A stretch of 64,000 nucleotides of DNA from Camelus ferus (Eukaryota), in contig NC_045697.1 in assembly GCF_009834535.1 (NCBI RefSeq), positions 49,168,001 to 49,232,000 of the forward strand, in the 5' to 3' direction. Positions 51,901-60,700 of this stretch are shown here, in pieces. The position numbers and the translations under genes are program-made. The notes below the pieces were generated by a model, which had not been told where the DNA came from, searched no databases, and was given only the letters and a program-made list of their open reading frames with translations. Each line of letters begins with the position of its first letter. Positions within the stretch are counted from its first letter, which is position 1.

Positions 51901-54202
51901 TATTACATAGATGCAGATCTGTTACGAGAAATCAAACAGGTAAGTGTTGCACTAGAGTGCACTTTTAAAAAGGTGAGTGCACTTTTAAAAAGGTGAATTC
52001 ACCACTTCACAACCATTAGGGTGTGTATTATCAACCCCCCCCCAAAAAAACCCCAACAGAAAATAAGTGTTGAGAGGATGTGAAGAAATAGAACCCTCGT
52101 GCACTGCTGGTGGCAGTGTAAAATGGTGCACACAGCTACTTTGGAAAACAGCTTCTCAGATAATAGACATAGGATCACCACATAGGCCAAGATCGAAAGC
52201 AGGGACTCAAGTATTTGTGCACCTGTGTCCATAGCAGCGTTACTCACAGTAGCCAAAACATGGACACAGTCTGCATGTCTGTAGATGGACGAATAAACAA
52301 AATACGGTATTTATATACAGTGGAATGTTAGCATTAAAAAGGAAGGAAATTCTGACACACACACAACAGCCATGGATGGACCTTGAAGGCATTATATCAT
52401 GTGAAGTCAGTCAATTTAAAAGGACAAAAGTTGTACGGTTCTACTTTATGGGGCACCTGGAGTAATCCAATTCACAGAGAATGGAATAGTGGCTGCCAGG
52501 GGCTGAAGGGAAGGGGAACAGAGACAGTATTTCATGGGTGCAGAGTTTCAGGTTGGGGAGGTGAAAAAGTTCTACAGATAGACGGTAGTGATTGTTGCAC
52601 ATGACTTACTCAGTACCACTGTACATTTAAAAATGGTTAAAATGGACATTTTTACGTGATGTATGTTACCACACAAAAACAGTGTTATCATTTTCTCCCC
52701 CCACCCCCTAAAAAGATGAATTCAGAGGTAATACAGATACCAAAGTTCCCTTGACCCTGCTGCTCAATGCAGAGGCGGCAGCAGCTCTGAGGTCATTAGA
52801 AATGCAGACTTGGTCCTTACTCCAGACCTCCTTAATCTACATTTTTCAAGATTGTAGAGTGATTTGTATACATGGTAAAGTTTAAAAAGTTAATTCCTCT
52901 ATATCTTTCCGACTTGTATGATGCCACATATAAACATGCAATTATTGATCTTGTCAGCCCTTGGGGACCTTGATGGAGGTTGGGGTAATCAAAGCTTCCA
53001 ACCACCTGTCTAAGGCTCATTTTGTATGAAAAAGTTGGGAAGTACCTCTCTAGTTTATTTTCATTAGTAAATACAGATTGTTTTAATAAAACCTGTCTAG
53101 CCATTGACTGTATCTAAAAAATATATATTAGGATGGTAAACTTTGTAGAACATATTAGGTAGGATTAACTGGCATGGCAGGTTGGCAAGGCCCTGAAGAT
53201 TATAGGGTTATAAACGTCATCAACAAATCTGATTTTATTATGTTCTGTAGAGTGGATATTGCTGTTTTATGCAACTAAAAGCTAGTTTGGCTCCTAGGTT
53301 CTCAGAAAGTATATATACACTAGATTATATTCCATTGTACCAATATTTACAATAAACTGAGAAAAATTCCAGCACATTGGAATAAAGAACTATATGAACG
53401 AGATTCTGTATGCAGTAAAATTGGGAATAATATAAACACCTACCTAAAACGATGAAAAGCAGTATATTGTTTTTGGGGTTGAATCATGGCTCATCACCTA
53501 GTTTATGACCTTGGGCAGGTTACTTACCTGTATCTCAATTTCTTTATCATAGAGAAGAGGTAATAATGGTACCCTGAAAAGGTATGTGCTCAAAGGGATT
53601 TTAAATGAGTTAAGTTAGTTAATACCCATAAAGCTCTTAAAGCTGCCTTAACACCAGAGAAGTTCTTTTTAAAATGTTAGCAATTGTAGTTCTCACCATT
53701 ATCATCACTTTATACTTCGTACTTCAAGATACGGAAATCCTGTTTTCAGAATGATTATTTTGCTAGTCATGTATATTTGAGTACATTCTTGCATTGTTTT
53801 CATGTCATACCTTTTGTTTTTTTATCAGAGATTGATAAAAAGAATCTAAAAAAACCTGCATCTTTTGTAAAATTTGTAGATACTTTTATTGCTTTTTATA
53901 GTAGTATTTTACTGTAGATCATGTAAGTGTTAGCAAAGATACAGTACAATGTTTAAATATGCATATATTTAGAAAAGCTACTAACTGCTATATTGCTAGA
54001 AAAAGCCCTTTTTGCTGTGAGTAGCTTCCAATTTAATGGAGGAATGCATTAATATTTTTTTAATTCCTTCTAGCATTTGAAACAACAACAGGAAGGCCTT
54101 AGCCACTTGATTAGCATCATAAAAGATGACCTAGAAGATATCAAGTTGGTAGAACATGGATTGAATGAAACCATCCACATCAGAGGTGGTGTCTTTAGTT
54201 GA
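27274..54202 (+). CDS. NUP54: Nucleoporin p54, complete, 509 aa: join(27274..27340,30989..31072,31162..31311,38207..38433,39273..39460,40161..40357,42029..42083,42511..42604,47314..47421,51399..51518,51829..51939,54074..54202)
   Basis: Twelve GT-AG exons total 1530 nt with an open frame from MAFNFGAPSATSGTAAAT to HGLNETIHIRGGVFS*. FG-repeat N-terminus and coiled-coil C-terminus match recalled NUP54. Confidence 0.97.
28013..28174 (+). CDS. NUP54: Putative alternative NUP54 cassette exon (162 nt, 54 aa, five FG motifs)
   Basis: tatcag|GATTT...GTGCAG|gtagat; phase 1-1 and in frame; GFGGLETANSTASGFNFGGFGLTANPAVNFNIGSFGVSTTSATPFNFGNSLASA. Confidence 0.8.
30989..31072 (+). CDS. NUP54: NUP54 exon 2 (84 nt)
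   Basis: attag|GTGGG...TACTG|gtaaga; GGFGGFGTTSTTAGSAFSFSTPANTGAT. Confidence 0.95.
31162..31311 (+). CDS. NUP54: NUP54 exon 3 (150 nt)
   Basis: caaag|GACTC...AACTA|gtaagt; GLFGGTQNKGFGFGTGFGTTAGTSTGLGTGLGTGLGFGGFNTQQQQQQQT. Confidence 0.95.
37680..38146 (-). mobile_element. MLT1-type (MaLR) solo LTR
   Basis: tattagtttcctattattgctgtaacaaa..cacaaacttagtgg...ggttctggggattaggacatggac...attctgcctaccata. Confidence 0.85.
38207..38433 (+). CDS. NUP54: NUP54 exon 4 (227 nt)
   Basis: ttttag|CATTAG...TTTAAG|gtatta; TLGGLFSQPTQ...QENPFCRFK. Confidence 0.95.
39273..39460 (+). CDS. NUP54: NUP54 exon 5 (188 nt)
   Basis: ccacag|GCAGTA...GATCA|gtaagt; AVGYSCMPNNKDEDGLVVLVFNKKE...KTLPDDQ. Confidence 0.95.
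40161..40357 (+). CDS. NUP54: NUP54 exon 6 (197 nt)
   Basis: ccccag|GACAG...TGCTG|gtatgt; TEVVIYVVERSPNGTSRRVP...LLQNPPA. Confidence 0.95.
41133..41456. mobile_element. MER2-like Tigger (Tc1/mariner) non-autonomous element
   Basis: TIRs cagtcagccctctgcatc...gataccagagggatgactg with a TA duplication on both sides. Confidence 0.85.
42029..42083 (+). CDS. NUP54: NUP54 exon 7 (55 nt)
   Basis: ggtag|GTGTT...GAAAA|gtaagt; GVDPIIWEQAKVDNPDSEK. Confidence 0.95.
42511..42604 (+). CDS. NUP54: NUP54 exon 8 (94 nt)
   Basis: ttcag|GTTAA...TGGAT|gtaaga; LIPVPMVGFKELLRRLKVQDQMTKQHQTRLD. Confidence 0.95.
43680..46400 (-). mobile_element. Degraded L1 ORF2-derived sequence with a nested MER20
   Basis: T-rich antisense L1 motifs (ttgtcaattttatcaatcttttcaaagaac; gttgaagtctccagctgcaattgtggatttgtc). 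Confidence 0.65.
44960..45186. mobile_element. MER20-like hAT-Charlie element
   Basis: cagtagttctca...attttgtcccccagggcgcatttgg...ggcatctagtgggtagaggccaggatgctgataaacatcctacagtg...gagaaaccc. Confidence 0.85.
47314..47421 (+). CDS. NUP54: NUP54 exon 9 (108 nt)
   Basis: aacag|ATCATA...TACAG|gtagta; IISEDISELQKNQTTTMAKIAQYKRKLMDLSHRTLQ. Confidence 0.95.
47800..51230 (+). mobile_element. Old L1 (sense) fragments with a younger antisense L1 3' end nested at about 48510-49135
   Basis: A-rich ORF2-like motifs (aaaggagacattaccacagat; aaagcaccaaggccagatagtttcattgctgaattt; ctagaaaacccaa) split by an antisense L1 3' UTR block. Confidence 0.7.
51399..51518 (+). CDS. NUP54: NUP54 exon 10 (120 nt)
   Basis: tatag|GTGCTA...TTAAG|gtaagc; VLIKQEIQRKSGYAIQADEEQLRVQLDTIQCELNAPTQFK. 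Confidence 0.95.
51829..51939 (+). CDS. NUP54: NUP54 exon 11 (111 nt)
   Basis: tttag|GGCCGA...AACAG|gtaagt; GRLNELMSQIRMQNHFGAVKSEERYYIDADLLREIKQ. Confidence 0.95.
52002..52709 (+). mobile_element. 5'-truncated L1 with TSD
   Basis: gaaccctcgtgcactgctggtggcagtgtaaaatggtgc..., flanked by aaaaaggtgaattca (51987-52001) and aaaaagatgaattca (52710-52724). Confidence 0.8.
54074..54202 (+). CDS. NUP54: NUP54 exon 12 coding part (129 nt)
   Basis: ttctag|CATTTG...AGTTGA; HLKQQQEGLSHLISIIKDDLEDIKLVEHGLNETIHIRGGVFS*. Confidence 0.95.
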   Translation, partial: HLKQQQEGLSHLISIIKDDLEDIKLVEHGLNETIHIRGGVFS

Positions 54203-54584
54203 CAGTTCACAAACTTGTGTTAAAGGTTTGTGAAATATATCCTCTTGTTATCAGACGCTCCTTAAGAATGAAACTGACCGTGTGGAGGGGAAAAAAAAGA
54301 AAACACTCTTCTCTCCTGGCTTGGTTTTTGAGATCACTGACCAATTATTAATCAAATCTGAAAAAAGTCACTTCACAGCTCTTTAAAGACAGCCTTTGAA
54401 AGATTTACATCTAAAAGCTGTAATTACTTTAAAAGTACATAATTACCAAAAATATGTACTATTGTACATTTTTACAGCAGCATTGTTCTTAACAATAATC
54501 AGTGTTTAATGATTATTCTTCACTGAGCCTGTGCTTTGCTTTCCATAGCAAGTAAACATGAAATATCTACTTTGCACATAACAA

Positions 54585-54888
54585 AATAAACCATATAATG
54601 ACTTGGCTGTTGGAGATTTGTACTTCAGAATGTAAATGTACATCAGTTTTTATATTTGTGAATTCATCTGTGAGGAGAGTCAAGAAAATCCAAGAGTATT
54701 TAATGATTAATGTGGTTTTCTCATTCTATAAAGATTTGAAAATATATTTTTATATTATTTTACTTATTTGGAATTTACAGAACACACAAGCATTTAGGAC
54801 ATAACAAAACTACATTTTCTCATTTTTGCAACTTTTTTTGTTTTTTAAACCTTTTTATTTCTAAAAAAGATGAAAACTTATAAATAAA
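54585..54888 (+). terminator. Candidate NUP54 poly(A) signals (AATAAA at 54585 and 54883)
   Basis: Two canonical hexamers in the AT-rich 3' UTR; the distal one is followed by a T/GT-rich tract. Confidence 0.6.
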
Positions 54889-56659
54889 TGCTTGATTATA
54901 ATTTTATATACTTCTGTCTGATGCTTTATTTGGCTCTGGGAGAATGACCATTCATGTCCACGTAAGTACTGAATCATAATCACAACTTAAGAATTTTAGT
55001 CTTAACATGGTTTTAAGTCTGACTTCCCTCCTAAGGAAAGTGTATCAATACTGATACATTTTGACTGAGGTATGGCAAGTGAAACTTACTTCAGATATCA
55101 TCTAGCATAAAGAATTCTCTAATACATCATTAGTATCTGAAAAGACTGGAAAATCTGAATTAGACATGATAACGTGCAGTAGTGATTCTTTAACAACTAG
55201 GTAATTTTAAAATTTTTCTGACTACTGAACTGCACACCTGGGCTGCATCCTGTCGGCCCTTCTTGGAATGTTTCAATTTTGCATTTCTGCATAATGCTTT
55301 AGCTTATGATGAGCAGTGTTCTAAAAAACAGCCCCGTGAACTTTGCTGCTGTGTTTATTATGAGGATGTTGAGTGTGATGCACTGTATATCCAGAGGCCA
55401 TCCTCTGAGATCCCACTGAAGGAATTTCTTGTTCAGATGCAGACAAGGTTAATAGTTGTATAGGAGACTGGGTACTTTGAAACTTACTCTATTTCTTTCC
55501 ATGTTAGCATCTAGAGGTTTGTAGCCACTTTTACAAGTTTATAACATGCAAACTTGTTACACTATTCTCTGTATCACCCTTTTGTCATACTTTCCTACGC
55601 TTTGCAATTCCAACAGCGTTGGGGGAGGATTTTTTTCTCTCCTTGTCTGTTTTCTCCTTGGCCCAGAAGATAAGCACTTCCAGCCTTCTTACTCACGGAG
55701 CTGAATGTGGAAGGAGTTTGTCCCTCTGCACATCCTCTTACTGTATAGAGTTGTTGATGTAACAGGTGAGAATTGTTACTCATTGAACCACATTCTCTAC
55801 TGGACAGATGGCTAATCATGCAGACCATAGTCACTTCTCTAGCCTTTCACTTTCTGTGCTCTGATATTGTTAGGTTTCTAATTTCACCAGCCCTAGCTTA
55901 TGCTCGGGATCTGCCTTTTAAAGGCAGGCCCAATTTGCCTCCTAAGTGTTGATCCTTCTGGTGACTACATGTGTAAGTCAGGCCTGTGGTCCTTGTTCAT
56001 GTAGCTGGTTAGATAACTGGACTTGGTCTATACCTGAAGTATGTTCCAAGCAAATGGTAACAAGTTCTAGACTTGGGTGGACAGAAGGAAAGACCCACCA
56101 CTTTGGCCTCAGGACTAAGTTGTGTTCTCCAGCAAAATTTACATCATAAATAATTCTGTGAACTGGCTAATGGTTCTTGTGGGTAGTCCACTGAAAGTTC
56201 TGAATTCATGAAGAGATGTAATTGGTAGAATTAAAGCACACTGAACCCCCTAAGACCTAGTTTAGATTTTATGTAGCTCTTCTGTACCTTTGAAGGTCAC
56301 CCTAAGTCCTTTTTGAAACACTGGCAGTGTAAAACAAGTACTAGTTACCAAAGCCCATGCCTAAATCAGTTAACTATTCAACCACAATGCCTTGGGGAAA
56401 GAGTACTATACTGTATAACCTCATTTTTTCCTTGCTTATTGAGCATACATATTCATTCAGTACTGTCTGCCTTCCTGGGTTAACATGAGGTTCAAGTTGG
56501 GAACTATGTATGTGAAATACTTGGTAAACTGTTGTGTTTGTAGAAATATAAAGCGTTCATATATTGAAGGAAAATGAAGACACTGAAAGAATACACTATT
56601 TGAAGACAAAGTGATCCTTTAAAGGTGAGTGGAACACCTTTAAAAATTCAGCAGTTCAT

Positions 56660-57120
56660 ATTGGCCATCATTAAAAAGTCTATAAATGATAAATGCTGGA
56701 GAGGGTGTGCAAAAAAGGGGAACCCTTCTACACTGCTGGTAGGAATGTAAATTGGTGCAGCCACTATGGCGCTTCCTTAAAAAACTAAAAACAAACTTAC
56801 CAAATGATCCAGCAGTCTCACTCCCAGAGAAAAATATAATTCAAAAAGACACATGCACCCCAGTGTTCACAGCAGCACTACTTACAATAGCCAAAACATG
56901 GAAACAACCCAAATGTCCATCAATAGATGACTGGATGGAGGTGTAGTATATGTATGCAATGGAATACTACTCAGCCATAAAAAGAATGAAATAATGCCCT
57001 CTACAGCAACATGGATGGACTTGGAGACACTCATTCTAAGTAAAGAAAGCCAGAAAGAAAAATACCATATGATAACACTTACATGTGGAATCTAAAAAAG
57101 AAAAAAGACAGAAATGAACT
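56660..57120 (+). mobile_element. L1 3' fragment (relatively young)
   Basis: aaatgctggagagggtgtg...acatgcaccccagtgttcacagcagcacta...gcaacatggatggacttggag; L1 ORF2 C-terminal peptide in ORF 56752. Confidence 0.85.
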
Positions 57121-57408
57121 AATTATAACTTAGATGACTGATTTCTTATATATGTGTAAGCACATCTGACTGTCCTTTATGACTGGATTACTGCATTCTG
57201 TTGATACTTATTTTGCGATTGGCTTAATTCCTTTGATAACTATGTAAGTTTAAAAAGCTAAAGCTCTAAACTGTTCTTAGAAACAAACAGTACAGATATG
57301 TAAAGTTGAAAAAAATGATTTTAAAAAAGCTGTAAAAATCATATGAACCACCAATATTGATATTTTAATATCTGGTAATTCTAAAATTATATCAGTAATT
57401 TAAAAGTT

Positions 57409-57414
57409 TTTATT
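57409..57414 (-). terminator. Candidate ART3 poly(A) signal
   Basis: TTTATT on + (AATAAA on -) about 230 nt downstream of the ART3 stop. Confidence 0.55.
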
Positions 57415-57643
57415 GATATTGAATTAAAAGTACACAGTTTTTTTGTAATCATAATATAGAAATAAGTGAAAAATGAATTCTATGACATTTGGATTAACTT
57501 TCTGAATTTGAAAGGTGAATAACAAATATGCAATTCTCGTTTTATCAGCTGACTTGCCCAACAATTGTAAAATACATCATTCTTTCTGATGATTGCTGCG
57601 GGATGCCTGTAGTGTATTTCAGGAAATAAAGAAATGTATCAGA

Positions 57644-57783
57644 CTACAGAGCAACAAAGAGATTTATAGCAGAACCACTGATTAAAGTGATGAATGTTCC
57701 AAATATTGGAAGGAGCATTTTGCCAGAAGATGCAGAGGGATGGGTTTTGGGACCTGGAACTGGAGCTGGAGCTGGAGCTGGAG
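57644..57783 (-). CDS. ART3: ART3 last coding exon (GPI-anchor signal)
   Basis: ttctcattaacag|CTCCAG...CTGTAG; small-residue SASSG site followed by a hydrophobic tail. Confidence 0.93.
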
Positions 57784-60700
57784 CTGTTAATGAGAACAGT
57801 CATTGACATATGTCACTTTTAATACCAAGTTTCATCCACCTATGCCATACATCCTGAATATGTAAACAGACATACAAGTTGAGTTAGAAACTTACATGAA
57901 ATACTTCTAACCAGGAACAATTTTAAAATAAACATAGTTCATTACAGATTTTTGGGCTATATTTTCATATATCATCAAAGTGTGCTAATCTGGGTTTTAT
58001 CTAGGACTCCAAAGGCTTTTTAAGTATGTAGACAGATAATTTTTTGTTGCACAAGTTGTCTAGAATTTCTTAACCTATGTTAAATTTTCATTATATACAT
58101 GTAAGATAAAGTTTACTCCAGTGTCTTCTATTTCAAGTAAGATAGTGCATTTCATCTGCATATTCTACCAATATACAATGGAATATAGCTGCATTTTTAA
58201 ACACTAAGCCCTCCAAGCTGATAAATTAATTTTTTCTCTCTATACATAAAACACTGCTCTGGAGAAAACTACTTCCCTTTCATCTGAACTAGTGGAGAGG
58301 AACAGTGGAATCCAGCCATCTCAGGATGGTCTGTTTCACACTGCCCTTAAATGCACACATCTGACTTCTGGCTATGTTTTGGTTTCAGACTGTACAAGGG
58401 AAGAGTGACTGGAAATATATAAATGATCACCACTCAGATTTCATAAGTGAAGTTGAGAGAAACAGCCAGTATATGTTATAAAAACCTTCAATTCATTATG
58501 AATTTACTTGCCATAATCATAAACATGCAGTTAGGTATACATATACAGATGGGGAAAACAGACTAGCAGATGCACTCATTACTTTGTTACTCGAGAGCAG
58601 TGGTTCTCAAGGGGGCGGTCCTGCCTCTTAAAAGGCAGTTTGGAAATTTGTCAAGGTATTCTTTGATTGTCACAACAGTGAGGTGGAAGTAGAGAGCTAG
58701 TATCCTGCAATGCTCTGGACAGTCTTGCACAATGAAAAACTGACTCATTTCCATATAAATTTCAAATGCACTGCTAGACACACATTAAGTCAAAAAGCTA
58801 TAATGCTCAAACCCAGAACCTAAGTCAGTTTCACATATAAGCAAAATATTTTTGGACAGTTCTAACAGTTTCTATCTAGTGCCCACGGTATTTCTTCACT
58901 TTCATTTTCTTACACTTTCATGAATAGCTTCCAGTCCTCTCTTCAATCCAAATTTATTTGTGTAAGTAAATACAATCATCTGATGACTTCATTATGTCTT
59001 CTGGAATAATCTAGGCATTTACATATTGAAATGTATATAACTTTTATTATAAATTATAGTTGGGACATTATATTGATTTTTTATGGGTGCAAGTGGGTCT
59101 TATCTATTAATCTTATTTCAGGATAGCTTTATAAAATATTTCTTCTAAAAATGGAGAACTGGGTTGACAGGGTTGAGAACCATTGCTCTAAAAAGCAGTC
59201 TCTCTACACAGTTCAAAGTGACTGACTCAGAGGCGAAGTCAGGCTGCCCCCAGCCATTCGCACAGACAAGCATTTGGTGTGACAGTATATTCTGTTATGA
59301 TGCTTTCAACTCTTGAGATTTTGTTCCTTTTATTGAGAAAAAATTAGTTTCTCAGTTTTTCTATATTGCAGAAACAGACATTTATCAACTAAGGAAAAGA
59401 GAGATTTCTTACTAGGATTGTTGATAGCTTGACTTTCATCTTCTAAAATACAAACAGATTTTGAGTTAATTGCATTGTATACCTATTTATCCCAAAGAGA
59501 AAAATCTGATTAAATGATTAAGCAAACGTGGTTATCTCTCAGTGTGGGATGAGGGGCAGGGTATTAGGTTTAGAGGTATGTGTGGGATTGCGGGGAGGGT
59601 TTAGCTTTTACTCCTTTAGCGCTTTGGAATTTTTTTTCTTTTCTACCATGTATGTGTTTCCATTAAAATAAAGGTTAAATTTTTGTTTACAGAAAAGTAT
59701 TTTTCCTACATATTGAACTCAGATTCCCAAGCACAACCATAATACCTACCACTTACTGAGTGCTTACTATGTGTCACACATTGTCCAAATGCTTTATGCA
59801 CACTGTCACCTGTACTTCTTATAGTCCTCGTAGGTAGCAGAGTTATCCATATTAAACAGATGTTCCCCAAAACTTGCATAAAGTCACAAAGGTAATCAGT
59901 GGTAGCAATGCCTGATTTCAAAATGTCTGCTTAATTACTATGCTATTCTACCTCCAAGTGTGTGCTTAGCATTGAAATATTACAATATTGCCATATTTTG
60001 ATGGATGTGAGGCCAAATGCCACTTCTGGGAGCCCAGATTAGAAGTGTATTTTTATAACTAAATCTGGCTGGAAGACTGGTGTCATGGGACAAAAAAATA
60101 AACAAAACTTGAAAAGCTTGAGTCCTGACTGTCTCATTCTAGCCTTTTACAGGTTCTTTAACATTGCTATATTCCATGTCTTCATTTCTGAAATGGTGAT
60201 AACAGTATTTCTCTCATTGGATTGTATGAGATCCTGTGTAAATGTTTTGACACCACCTTTAAAAAAGCCTGCACTACACACAGCTTTCTAGGAGAGGGCA
60301 CCATACAGAATAGTCTCAGCAAAACTGAGTGGCCCTTTTGCTGGAGGACATGGAGAGTGCAGCGAGGAGCACAGAACGGATGGTCCACGCTGCATGGTTC
60401 TCACACACACCTCTCTCATGATGCTATTTCTGCCCCATTCTGGAGGAATCAGATGCAGCTGGAAGCCAACTGCTCCAGTTTCAGGTCAAGTGCCTTCTCT
60501 GTTTGGCCCAAAGAGCCATAATAGCAATCTACTGCTCACACTGAAAGGAGTTCTCAAGTTTTCCGCCTCTGGCTTGCAGACTGGGATGTTAGAAGCTGTA
60601 CAGCTCAAGTGTCCTCTCCCCAGACCTCTTAAGACTGAACTAAATGATTATGGTAAAGGACTCAGTACCCGACGGTGCCTCCACCCCTAGTAAAGAATTT

